A DNA stretch of 64,000 nucleotides from an uncultured Bacilli bacterium (GCA_947589735.1 CANQCR010000007.1:988-64987); one strand, 5' to 3'; shown: positions 1-9,351, counted from the first letter of the stretch. A program made the numbers and translations. Notes: generated by a model from the letters alone, not told the origin.

Positions 1-826
<826 letters not shown>

Positions 827-884
827 TTATTCTTAGATGAGATTACACATTATCATGTTTTCAGGGAATTATTTTCCCATAGTA

Positions 885-990
885 AATTTGTGACGATAGC
901 AAGAGTGATACACCTGTTCCCATCCCGAACACAGAAGTTAAGACTCTTAGCGCCGACGATAGTGTATGCGAAAATAGGGCGTTGCAAATT
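885..990 (+). rRNA. rrf: 5S rRNA (short, about 102-106 nt)
   Basis: Contains CCTGTTCCCATCCCGAACACAGAAGTTAAG, the universal 5S loop B/C region. Terminal helix TTTGTGACG...CGTTGCAAA is followed by a T-run (989-998). The minus-strand ORF 853-1131 overlapping it is spurious. Confidence 0.9.
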
Positions 991-1080
991 TTTTTTTGTC
1001 TTAAAATGGCTTTGCCATTTTTTTATTGTTAAATCACCCTTTTTATGATAGAATACATAATACGTATTTATGGGGGTGAG

Positions 1081-1833
1081 ATGATGAAAAATAACCGATG
1101 GGAACGGATGAAAAAATATAATTTTTGGCATCGTTTAGGTTTAATTATGCCAATAATTAGTGTGGGCTTTGTAATGGCTTTTGTATCGGAAATTACAGCC
1201 ATCATTATCTTTTTCACCCTCTTACCTCTTATGGCTATCTTGGGAACTGATTTTGTGGAAAGCGCCGTCGTTAAAAACTTTAAGAACACTTGCTTTTGTT
1301 TCTTCCATAATGATGATTATTATGAAGTAACCCAAAGGCTTACTAGTATGAAAGATTATGTCGATAGTAAAATTTTAAAAGACCGGGCGGCTTATTATAA
1401 AATGAGTGCGGTTAATTTAATTAATCAATTACCTATCTATGATGCTGAAGATAAAAGAATGCATTATTCTTTTGTCTCACACGCTTATACGATGTATCTT
1501 TTCCGTATTTTAGAACGTAAGCGTTATGTTCAAGATGTGGTTATAAATAGGGATAAGAGTAATGACGCCTTAAGTAGTTACGCTAAAGCTTTAGGCTATA
1601 AACCTCACTCTAGACGTTATAAGTTATACCAAGTTAGTTTTACTTTAACTGATGAAGTAGATAAGCCACATGTAGCTTTAGAATTAATTAATGAAGTAGG
1701 TCTTGATCAAGAACGATTTCGAATTGTTAAAGATGCCTCAACTTATTATTTGAAGATTCGCTATAGGCATCTTATTAAAAGTCGTATCTTTAAAAGTGAT
1801 GCCTTAAGTGCGTCATCAAAGATTAAAATATAA
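1081..1833 (+). CDS. Hypothetical membrane protein, tandem paralog 1 (two N-terminal TM helices plus a soluble domain of about 180 aa)
   Basis: ORF 1045-1833. The likely start is ATG 1081, after GGGGTGAG and downstream of the extended -10-like TGATAGAAT (1045-1053). It aligns along its whole length with the next ORF. No family recognised. Confidence 0.7.
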   Translation: MMKNNRWERMKKYNFWHRLGLIMPIISVGFVMAFVSEITAIIIFFTLLPLMAILGTDFVESAVVKNFKNTCFCFFHNDDYYEVTQRLTSMKDYVDSKILKDRAAYYKMSAVNLINQLPIYDAEDKRMHYSFVSHAYTMYLFRILERKRYVQDVVINRDKSNDALSSYAKALGYKPHSRRYKLYQVSFTLTDEVDKPHVALELINEVGLDQERFRIVKDASTYYLKIRYRHLIKSRIFKSDALSASSKIKI

Positions 1834-1851
1834 GTGAAGTGAGGATAAACT

Positions 1852-2613
1852 ATGAAATCTAGAAGTAAAAGAGAAGCGTTAAAACGTTATAATATTAAAC
1901 ATCGCCTAGCTTTAATCATTCCTGTCAGTATTTGGGCTTTAATGGCTACAATACCTAATATTCCTGCTATTTTAGGACTTTTCATGGCTGTTACTTTAGG
2001 GGTGTGGTTAGGTTCTTCCGTTGAAAGACTTTCAATGAAAAGTTTTCGCCATTCTTGCTTTAGCCTTTTCCTTGGTTTTGACATTATTCAACGTTCGACG
2101 TCCATTAGAAATTTTTTAGAAGCCCGTCTTTTAAAAGATCCAAGAGCTTATTATAAGATGAACGCGGTCAATTTTATCAATCAGTTACCCGTTTATAATA
2201 CGGATAATAAAAAGCAAGTTTATAATTTTTATTCTCAAGCTTATACGGTAAGACTTATTAGATGGGCTAAAAGACAAAATTATATTGATAAAATAGATAT
2301 TGTTGATACCCACAAATATCAAAATCTCCATGTTTACCGGATGGCTTTAGGCCTTGGCAAACAAAAAAGAAAATACCATATGTATAATGTTTATTTTACA
2401 TTAGCTGATTCAATGGATAAAACTAAAACTTCTTTACGTCTTATTAACGCTGCCGGCTTGGATAACCGTCGTTTTAAAATTGTTAAAGAAGGAAATACGT
2501 ATTATTTAAGAATGCGTTATGGTAATATTATCGCAGATAGACTAAAACGTGATGAAAGTAAAATCAAGCTAGAAGAACATGCCCGTATGAAAGTCTATCG
2601 TAAACATTGTTAA
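1852..2613 (+). CDS. Hypothetical membrane protein, tandem paralog 2
   Basis: Shares blocks with the upstream ORF: K+YN.(W/K)HRL.LI.P; LKD..AYYKM.AVN.INQLP.Y; Y..Y.V.FTL.D..DK....L.LIN..GLD..RF.IVK....YYL..RY. RBS GTGAGGA lies before the ATG. Confidence 0.7.
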   Translation: MKSRSKREALKRYNIKHRLALIIPVSIWALMATIPNIPAILGLFMAVTLGVWLGSSVERLSMKSFRHSCFSLFLGFDIIQRSTSIRNFLEARLLKDPRAYYKMNAVNFINQLPVYNTDNKKQVYNFYSQAYTVRLIRWAKRQNYIDKIDIVDTHKYQNLHVYRMALGLGKQKRKYHMYNVYFTLADSMDKTKTSLRLINAAGLDNRRFKIVKEGNTYYLRMRYGNIIADRLKRDESKIKLEEHARMKVYRKHC

Positions 2614-2651
2614 CAGATATTTAAAAAATGTTGTCTAACATATAAAAAGTT

Positions 2652-2660
2652 TGCTATAAT
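2652..2660 (+). promoter_or_regulatory. Extended -10 promoter element TGCTATAAT upstream of tsaE
   Basis: A TGnTATAAT match lies 15 nt upstream of the tsaE ATG (2676), followed by the GGTGAT RBS. The same module recurs across the window. Confidence 0.5.
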
Positions 2661-2675
2661 GATAGTGGTGATTTT

Positions 2676-3125
2676 ATGGAATATAAATATACATCTCATA
2701 GTGTAACAGAGACACTTGAGTTAGCCCAAAATTTTGAATCAGAGAAGTTCCCTAATATGGTAATTTGCCTAAATGGTGAATTAGGAAGTGGCAAAACGAT
2801 GTTTGTTAAAGGTATTGCCCAAGCTTTAGGCATTGAAGAAAGTATTACCTCACCAACATTTACAATTGTTAAAGAGTATGATGGCGAGCTACCTTTATAC
2901 CATTTTGATGTTTATCGTTTAGATGGTAAAACAGATGGTATTGGTATGGAAGAATATTTTACTAAAGGTGGCGTCGTTGCTATTGAATGGGCCGATACAA
3001 TTAAAGACGTCTTACCAGAAGAAAGATTAGAAATAAAATTTAAGGTTGTTGATGAAGATAAACGTGTTCTTATCATCACTCCTTATGGAACAAAATATGA
3101 AGAATTATGTGAGGCGGTATTGTGA
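2676..3125 (+). CDS. tsaE: tRNA t6A37 biosynthesis ATPase TsaE (YjeE)
   Basis: 149 aa with P-loop GELGSGKT. First gene of the conserved tsaE-tsaB-rimI-tsaD arrangement. Confidence 0.9.
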   Translation: MEYKYTSHSVTETLELAQNFESEKFPNMVICLNGELGSGKTMFVKGIAQALGIEESITSPTFTIVKEYDGELPLYHFDVYRLDGKTDGIGMEEYFTKGGVVAIEWADTIKDVLPEERLEIKFKVVDEDKRVLIITPYGTKYEELCEAVL

Positions 3126-3739
3126 AAATATTATTTTTAGATACGTCTTCTTTTTTTGCTACAGTGGCAATTATAGAAGATGGAAAGATTAAATACTTAT
3201 TTCAAGAAGAAATAAAGGACGATATGGCATCAAGGATGTTGCCTGTCATTCAAGAAGGCTTTAATCAAGTACCATTTACAGTTAATGACATTGATAAAAT
3301 AATGGTTGTCAATGGTCCGGGTTCTTTTACGGGTGTCCGCATTGGTGTGACTATCGCTAAAGTTTTAGCGTGGTCTATTAAAAAAGATATTATTCCGGTA
3401 TCAAGCCTTGCTTTTTTAGCGACAACGAAAACAGCTTCTAAATATATTATTCCGATGATTGATGCTAGAAGAGGATACGTTTATGCCGGTGTTTATGATC
3501 AAGAATTAAATAGTGTTTTAGCTGATCAATATATTGCCTATGATGCTTTAAAAGAATATTTTGAAGATGGTACAATTATCAGTCAAGACGATCTTCCTAT
3601 GGCAACTAAACCAGAGTTAGATGTCCTTAAAATGGTTACTAAATATCAAAATAATGAACCTGTTCCTTGTCATAGTGTTAACCCTAACTATTTGAAGAAA
3701 ACGGAAGCGGAAGAAAAATTAGAGGTAAAAAATGATTAG
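3122..3739 (+). CDS. tsaB: tRNA t6A37 biosynthesis protein TsaB (YeaZ)
   Basis: N-terminal LFLDTSS and NGPGSFTGVRIG motifs typical of YeaZ/TsaB. Its GTG start overlaps the tsaE stop. Confidence 0.9.
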   Translation: MKILFLDTSSFFATVAIIEDGKIKYLFQEEIKDDMASRMLPVIQEGFNQVPFTVNDIDKIMVVNGPGSFTGVRIGVTIAKVLAWSIKKDIIPVSSLAFLATTKTASKYIIPMIDARRGYVYAGVYDQELNSVLADQYIAYDALKEYFEDGTIISQDDLPMATKPELDVLKMVTKYQNNEPVPCHSVNPNYLKKTEAEEKLEVKND

Positions 3740-4157
3740 GAAAGTAGTAAAAAGTGATTATGAAAAGTTAATTAAATATTATCGTTTGTTTGATGATAGC
3801 CAAGTTGAACTATTTCCAACAGATCCTTTTGCCCATTTACTTGTCTACGAATTAGATAATCAGATTGTTGGCTTTGTTAACTACAGCATTATTTATGAGC
3901 GAGCGGAAATAAATTATATATATATTGAGGAAGAGTATCGTAATAAACATATTGCGAGCGAGTTTATGGAATTAATTATTACAGACGCTATTGATAGTGG
4001 CTGTGTCAATATTTCTTTAGAAGTTTCTGTTAATAACAAAGCGGGTCTTGCTTTATATGAAAAATATGGTTTTGAACGTAAAGCGATTCGCAAAAATTAT
4101 TACCCTGATGGTGATGGGGTCTTAATGGTGAAAGAGTTGGTAAAAGATGAAAAATGA
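3732..4157 (+). CDS. rimI: GNAT acetyltransferase, ribosomal-protein-alanine N-acetyltransferase RimI-like
   Basis: 141-aa GNAT-like protein (…EEEYRNKHIAS…, NNKAGLALYEKYGF). It sits at the canonical position between tsaB and tsaD, with overlapping stops and starts. Confidence 0.8.
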   Translation: MIRKVVKSDYEKLIKYYRLFDDSQVELFPTDPFAHLLVYELDNQIVGFVNYSIIYERAEINYIYIEEEYRNKHIASEFMELIITDAIDSGCVNISLEVSVNNKAGLALYEKYGFERKAIRKNYYPDGDGVLMVKELVKDEK

Positions 4158-5154
4158 TGTATATATTTTAGGTATAGAATCTAGTTGTGATGAAACGAGT
4201 GTATCAATTGTTAAAAATGGTGAGGAAGATATTGCTACAGTTGTTTTATCACAAATGGATACCCATGCTAATTATGGCGGCGTTGTTCCCGAGATTGCCA
4301 GTAGGATGCATGTTGAAAATATTACGATGGTCATTGAAGAATGCTTAAATAAGGCCAATATGACAATGGATGATATAACCGCCATTGCTGTAACTTATGG
4401 GCCAGGTTTAATTGGTTCTTTGCTTGTAGGAGTAACGGCAGCTAAAACTCTTGCCTATGTTTATAATAAACCACTTGTACCTGTTCATCATATTGCTGGT
4501 CATATTTATGCTAATAACTTAACAAAAAAGATGACCTTCCCCCTTATAGCTTTAGTTGTCAGTGGGGGACATACGGAACTTATTTATATGAAAGATAACT
4601 ATAGTTTTGAAAAAATTGGTGGAACCTTAGATGATGCTGTCGGTGAGGCTTATGATAAGGTAGCGCGCATTGTTAAAGTTCCATATCCAGGTGGACCTTT
4701 AGTTGATAAAATGTCTTATCAAGGAGAGGATAATTATGATCTTCCTTTACCACTTGATGACGATTCATACAATTTCAGCTTTAGTGGCTTAAAGAGTGCG
4801 GTTATTAACCTTGTTCATAATGAAGAACAAAGAGGACATACTATTAATAAGGAAGATTTAGCTTGTTCTTTCCAAAAACGCGTTGTGGATATTTTAACCA
4901 AGAAGACTATGCGAGCTTTAGAACATTACAATGTTAAGAATATGATTATCGCTGGTGGGGTGGCTGCTAATAGTGGCATTAGAACTAAATTTACAGAGCT
5001 ATGCGCTTCTAATGGCGTGGATCTTACGATACCAGAATTTAAATATTGTACGGATAATGCGACGATGATTGCAGCGGCAGGATTCTTTGCCTATGAAAAA
5101 GGTAAAAGAGCTGGCCTTGATTTAAAAGCTAAAGCTAATACAAAATTAGAATAG
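4147..5154 (+). CDS. tsaD: tRNA N6-adenosine threonylcarbamoyltransferase TsaD (Kae1/Gcp)
   Basis: Motifs ILGIESSCDETS, HHIAGH (metal-binding) and VSGGHTEL. 335 aa. Confidence 0.95.
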   Translation: MKNDVYILGIESSCDETSVSIVKNGEEDIATVVLSQMDTHANYGGVVPEIASRMHVENITMVIEECLNKANMTMDDITAIAVTYGPGLIGSLLVGVTAAKTLAYVYNKPLVPVHHIAGHIYANNLTKKMTFPLIALVVSGGHTELIYMKDNYSFEKIGGTLDDAVGEAYDKVARIVKVPYPGGPLVDKMSYQGEDNYDLPLPLDDDSYNFSFSGLKSAVINLVHNEEQRGHTINKEDLACSFQKRVVDILTKKTMRALEHYNVKNMIIAGGVAANSGIRTKFTELCASNGVDLTIPEFKYCTDNATMIAAAGFFAYEKGKRAGLDLKAKANTKLE

Positions 5155-5163
5155 AGGGAATAA

Positions 5164-5841
5164 ATGAAATGTCTTATCTTATGTGCTGATCATAATGATG
5201 ATTTAAATGCTGAACCTTATGCATTAATGGAAGTTGATGAAGGAATAAAAGCGTTAGATGTCTTAATTGATCAAGTTCATCAAATAGAAGAGATTGATCA
5301 AATATATGTTGTAACCAATGGTAAAAGTTATGATACCTTTCTAAATTGGTATGATAACCGCTACCCTGATGTTAAAATCATTAACGATAATACAACCTCA
5401 CCAGATGCTAAATTAGGAGCGATTGGTGATATTAAGTTCACTTTAAATTGTGAAAATATCAACGATGATTTACTTATTATCGCGGGCGATGCGGTATATG
5501 ACTTTGACTTATTGGATATTTATAACTATTATAAACTTAAATCTTCACCGGTTGTCGCTGTTAAGCAAGCTTTAAACTTATTAGATTTAAAACGCTATGG
5601 TGTTGTTAGATTTGACGATGATAATAAAATTATCGAAATGCATGAAAAAGTAACGGAACCAATTGGTAGCCATATCGCTTTAGCGCTTTACTTTTATCCA
5701 AAAGAGGTTATTAGAACATTTGATTATTACTTATCTGAAGGTAATAAAACGACCTCGCCAGGATATTTCCTTGAATATTTATATCCTAGTTGTGATAGCT
5801 ATGCTTATGTTATTGATGGGGAATATTATACATTAAAATAA
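5164..5841 (+). CDS. Nucleotidyltransferase-fold protein (sugar-phosphate nucleotidyltransferase-like) with a degenerate N-terminal signature
   Basis: Overall layout and blocks (IAGDAVYDFD, RYGVV.FD....I.E..EK) resemble the NTP_transferase family. The usual G-x-G-T-R-L loop is replaced by LILCADHNDDLN. Confidence 0.5.
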   Translation: MKCLILCADHNDDLNAEPYALMEVDEGIKALDVLIDQVHQIEEIDQIYVVTNGKSYDTFLNWYDNRYPDVKIINDNTTSPDAKLGAIGDIKFTLNCENINDDLLIIAGDAVYDFDLLDIYNYYKLKSSPVVAVKQALNLLDLKRYGVVRFDDDNKIIEMHEKVTEPIGSHIALALYFYPKEVIRTFDYYLSEGNKTTSPGYFLEYLYPSCDSYAYVIDGEYYTLK

Positions 5842-5848
5842 ATGTCAA

Positions 5849-5876
5849 AGGTTTGTCTAACAAGCCTTTTTAATTG
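5849..5876 (+). terminator. Rho-independent terminator after 5164-5841
   Basis: Hairpin AAAGGTTTG-tctaa-CAAGCCTTT (one G.U pair) followed by a T-run. Confidence 0.5.
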
Positions 5877-5926
5877 ACTTTCAAAATATTATATAGTAAA
5901 ATTGATTTAGAAATGGAGATGTATTT

Positions 5927-7330
5927 ATGGCTGAAACTGTTACTAGAAAATATAATCCACATTTTGTAAAAAAAGCATCTATGTTGTTTAAGGTTTCGGA
6001 AGGTTATGTTTTAGTAAAACGAAATGATATTTTTAAAGGAAGAATTAGAGCTATTGTAAAAAAACGCGAATATCCTGAAACGGAACCGGATGTAAGAGTG
6101 GTTCATATCCATGACCCCAAAGAAGTTAGTGATGAATTATTACAAAAATTAAAAAAGCAAAAAGATCCTAATAGCGTAATGGGAAAAATGATTGAACAAG
6201 AAATCGCTTATCGTGAGGGCCGTGCAAAAGAAACGCCTGAACTATTATCTTATGCCTTTAGACTAAGGGGTACTCGTACAGTAATGAGGAAAAAGATTGA
6301 GGCTAAGACCGGTTTACGTATTAAATGGCCTTGGGAGTCAGCTATTGTTTTATCTTTAGCTGAGATTGAGGTACAAACAGCGGCTATTCCTGTTGATACG
6401 AAAGATAAAGTCCATGTATTATTTGATACAGACTATCGTTATAAAATAGTTGATCCTCACGCCTATGCTCTTTTAATAAGCCAAAAGGGTAATGCTGCAA
6501 ACGTTGAAAGACTAATGGGTCGTGATTTGGACCAATTAGTAATTGATTATGTTAAAAAAGCTGGTATTGATGAGTTTATTGGTAAGTCTTCACCAGATCT
6601 TATGGACGTTTTTGGGGATCAATTAGCTGCTATTGGAGAACAATATGGAGTTGAAATAACACGCTTTTTAGTAGGTAAAGTTACTTGGCCTAAGGAGATA
6701 ACTGAAGCGGAAGCAGCTAAAAGAGCTGCAGTGTCTAAAGCTGAAGCTGATAGAATAAGAGCTCAAGGTCGTGCTGATGCTAGACGTCTTGAAAATGCTG
6801 CTGAACTTGAAAAAAAGCAGGCGGAAGCTGATATCGATGTAGGAAAAGCGTCTGGATTATCACAAGTACGTTCACAAACAATTGCGGATACAACTAGAGT
6901 CGTTGAAAGTGGAGCAACATTTAAGCATTTAGCGCCTCAGCATCAAGCCAGTGTTTTAGGTAGTGCTTACGGTGCTACGGCAGAAGGACCTAAAGTAATT
7001 GTTAATGGTACGGGTGCTGTTGCGGATCAAGTTGGTGCAGCTGTGGCAGCTGCGAAGATTAGTAGTACTGATGGACAAGAGAAACCTAGTAAAAAAGAAG
7101 AAGTTAGTGGCGAAGATATCAGTACAGCTCGTCAATTATGTGAAGAAGAAGGAGTATTATCTAGAAATGGATATTTTGATCCTGAAACATCACAAGAGTT
7201 GGCTGCGCAATTTGATTTCCAATTGCAAGAAGGTATGTCTCTTAAGTTTGATCAAGTTCCACCTGAAGTTGTTGTTGCTTTTGTTAAAGAGCGTCACAAA
7301 ACTAAAACTAAATCTGGCGGAGAAAATTAA
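5927..7330 (+). CDS. SPFH/Band-7 (flotillin/prohibitin-like) domain protein with a coiled-coil region and a C-terminal extension
   Basis: SPFH-like core (PVDTKDKVHVLFDTDYRYKIVDPHAY). This is followed by an A/E/K/R-rich coiled coil (AEAAKRAAVSKAEADRIRAQGRADARRLENAAELEKKQAEAD). No obvious N-terminal TM helix. Confidence 0.7.
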   Translation: MAETVTRKYNPHFVKKASMLFKVSEGYVLVKRNDIFKGRIRAIVKKREYPETEPDVRVVHIHDPKEVSDELLQKLKKQKDPNSVMGKMIEQEIAYREGRAKETPELLSYAFRLRGTRTVMRKKIEAKTGLRIKWPWESAIVLSLAEIEVQTAAIPVDTKDKVHVLFDTDYRYKIVDPHAYALLISQKGNAANVERLMGRDLDQLVIDYVKKAGIDEFIGKSSPDLMDVFGDQLAAIGEQYGVEITRFLVGKVTWPKEITEAEAAKRAAVSKAEADRIRAQGRADARRLENAAELEKKQAEADIDVGKASGLSQVRSQTIADTTRVVESGATFKHLAPQHQASVLGSAYGATAEGPKVIVNGTGAVADQVGAAVAAAKISSTDGQEKPSKKEEVSGEDISTARQLCEEEGVLSRNGYFDPETSQELAAQFDFQLQEGMSLKFDQVPPEVVVAFVKERHKTKTKSGGEN

Positions 7331-7335
7331 AAGTT

Positions 7336-7608
7336 ATGGATTTGCATGATTATAAATATTTATCATCTTTGGCTGAAAACATAAATGATCAAATGCCTTA
7401 TGCTAGTGTTTTAGAACAACAATTGTGTGATGAATATCATCTTGTTAATGATGAAGGCTATTTTAATCGCGACGATTCTTTGACTTTGGCAGAAATTAGG
7501 GGAGAAGAACTTGATGCTTTTACGGTATATCATCGAGCTTTTATCAAACCATCCGAAATACTTCAATTAGTTTTAAGAACAAGGGTTGAAAAAACCAAAG
7601 AAAAATAA
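7336..7608 (+). CDS. Small hypothetical protein, paralog of the C-terminal tail of the preceding SPFH protein
   Basis: 90 aa. QQLCDEYHLVNDEGYFNRDDS aligns with RQLCEEEGVLSRNGYFDPETS of the upstream protein. It starts 6 nt after the upstream stop. Confidence 0.6.
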   Translation: MDLHDYKYLSSLAENINDQMPYASVLEQQLCDEYHLVNDEGYFNRDDSLTLAEIRGEELDAFTVYHRAFIKPSEILQLVLRTRVEKTKEK

Positions 7609-7628
7609 ACTACGCTAATGCGTAGTTT
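7607..7628. repeat. Left copy of the 22-bp duplicated target hairpin (AAACTACGCTAATGCGTAGTTT)
   Basis: Identical to 7819-7840. It is a perfect stem-loop (AAACTACGC-taat-GCGTAGTTT) that overlaps the TAA stop of 7336-7608. Confidence 0.9.
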
Positions 7629-7818
7629 CTGGCCGTTGACAAAGTCGGTTTTTCAAACCGGCTTTGTCAATCGGCTTTTTTGGTTCCCCACTTTAGTATT
7701 AAAAAAAGAGTTAATTTGGGTTTTTAATATCAAATAACACTCATTTTTAAACTTTTGTCTCCACTTTTAAATTTTAAATTTTTGTTTTTTTCCAAGAATG
7801 TAGTTTGTCAACAGTCTG
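7629..7818. mobile_element. 190-bp non-coding MITE-like element, copy 1
   Basis: 100% identical to 54508-54697. Imperfect terminal inverted repeats: CTGGCCGTTGACAAAG at the left, reverse complement of the right end CAGACTGTTGACAAAC. Subterminal hairpin 7632-7675 plus T-run. No ORF. Flanked by a 22-bp direct duplication. Confidence 0.85.
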
Positions 7819-7840
7819 AAACTACGCTAATGCGTAGTTT
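7819..7840. repeat. Right copy of the 22-bp duplicated target hairpin
   Basis: Identical to 7607-7628. It encodes the last codons and the stop (…TTH*) of the minus-strand permease gene. Confidence 0.9.
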
Positions 7841-8624
7841 TTTCATACTTTTTTTCAATATAATAAATAAGATAATAGAGTGTTGTTGCAACAACACATA
7901 AAAGAACGATACCCGTCATAACAAGATCAAGGTTAAAAACTTGTGATCCATACATAATTAGATAACCAATTCCTTTTTTTGATACTAAAAACTCACCCAT
8001 AATAATCCCGATTAAAGACATACTAATACAGATTTTAAGATTACTTATAATGGTTGGAATATTTGATGGAAATATCAGATAATAATATAGTTTGAACTTA
8101 CTTTTGGTAAACGATTTAACAAGCTTAATTTTATTTTCATCAATGTTCATAAAACCATTATAAATGTTAATGGTTAGGACAATGGAACTAATTAAAATAG
8201 CCATAATAATAATTGATGTTGTCGTTGTTCCAAACCAAATTAAAATAATGGGCCCTAAGGCTACCTTTGGTAAACTATTTAAAATAGTTAAATAGGGTTC
8301 ACAAACTTTAGCTAGAACTTGTGATGACCATAAAATACTCGCGATAACAATACCAATAATCATACTAACAACAAAACTGATAATTGTTTCATAGATAGTT
8401 GTTTCAATGTGAATAAATAAATTGTTATTACTATATAAATTACTAATAGTCATAATTATTTTTTTAGGTGAAGAAACAATAAAAGCGTCAATTATTTTCA
8501 TATCGGTTAATAATTGCCATAAAATAATGAAGATAATGAAGATAGTTATTTGCCCAAGGAAGATTAATATTTTTTTCTTTCTTAACTCTTTTAGGTACTT
8601 TTGATGCTCTTTACTCATAGTCAA
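7827..8624 (-). CDS. ABC transporter permease (NitT/TauT - SsuC/ThiX-like family)
   Basis: 265 aa with about 6 TM helices. Typical binding-protein-dependent permease layout. Overlaps the upstream ATPase gene. Confidence 0.8.
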   Translation of the reverse strand: MTMSKEHQKYLKELRKKKILIFLGQITIFIIFIILWQLLTDMKIIDAFIVSSPKKIIMTISNLYSNNNLFIHIETTIYETIISFVVSMIIGIVIASILWSSQVLAKVCEPYLTILNSLPKVALGPIILIWFGTTTTSIIIMAILISSIVLTINIYNGFMNIDENKIKLVKSFTKSKFKLYYYLIFPSNIPTIISNLKICISMSLIGIIMGEFLVSKKGIGYLIMYGSQVFNLDLVMTGIVLLCVVATTLYYLIYYIEKKYEKTTH

Positions 8625-9351
8625 TTTCCCTCCATACTAATTGGTAATAGTCATTAAAAAGGGAAGTGTTACGACGCTTTGATGGTAAAATGTTTTCATC
8701 AAAGTTAATGTTATAAATATTTTTAATTTGGCTAGGCCGTTTAGATAAAACGACGACCTTATTACAAAGCGTTACTGCTTCTGATATATCATGGGTCACA
8801 ATGATTAAAGTTTTATGTTCGGCTTTTAAAATATTATAAACATCATTAGATATATTTAGCCTTGATTGAAAGTCGAGAGCACTAAAAGGTTCATCCATCA
8901 AAAGAATATCGGGTTTGATAGCTAAACTACGAATAAGAGCTACTCTTTGACGCATCCCACCAGATAAGTTTCTGGGATAACTATAAATGAAATCTTTAAG
9001 GCCATATTTATTTAAAAGATTAATGACATATTTTTTTCTTTCTTCATTTAGTTTTCCTTTAATTTTAAGGCCAATAAGGCAATTATCCAAAACGTTAAGC
9101 CAATCAAATAAGGCATCTTCTTGAAGCATATAGCCAATCGTTTTATGGTGGTAATCAATTTCACCATTAGACGCATCTTCTTGACCATTTAGAATTGATA
9201 AAAGAGTAGATTTACCACATCCACTAGGGCCTACAATAGCAATAAAGTCTCCTTCTTCAACATTAAGAGAAATATTTTTAATTGCTGTAATTTCTCCTTT
9301 AGGTGTGTGGTATACTTTAGAAACGTTTTTTATGGATAATAAATTATTCAT
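8611..9351 (-). CDS. ABC transporter ATP-binding protein (NitT/TauT family)
   Basis: Walker A GPSGCGKST, signature LSGGMRQR, Walker B LLMDEPFSALD. The ATG at 9351 overlaps the stop of the upstream binding-protein gene (ATGAATAA), which I prefer over the TTG at 9369. Confidence 0.9.
   Translation of the reverse strand: MNNLLSIKNVSKVYHTPKGEITAIKNISLNVEEGDFIAIVGPSGCGKSTLLSILNGQEDASNGEIDYHHKTIGYMLQEDALFDWLNVLDNCLIGLKIKGKLNEERKKYVINLLNKYGLKDFIYSYPRNLSGGMRQRVALIRSLAIKPDILLMDEPFSALDFQSRLNISNDVYNILKAEHKTLIIVTHDISEAVTLCNKVVVLSKRPSQIKNIYNINFDENILPSKRRNTSLFNDYYQLVWREIDYE

Noticed and set aside
6999-7349. 116-aa + strand ORF overlapping the 3' end of the SPFH gene in another frame
   Set aside because: It is entirely embedded in a longer ORF with recognisable SPFH and coiled-coil sequence. 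It has a low-complexity K/L-rich translation and no RBS.
7700-7800. A/T-rich short repeats inside the MITE (TTTTAAATTTTAAATTTTT, CCACTTT twice) as a possible CRISPR or tandem-repeat array
   Set aside because: The repeats are only a few nucleotides long, with no spacer-repeat periodicity and no cas genes. They are better explained as internal structure of the mobile element.
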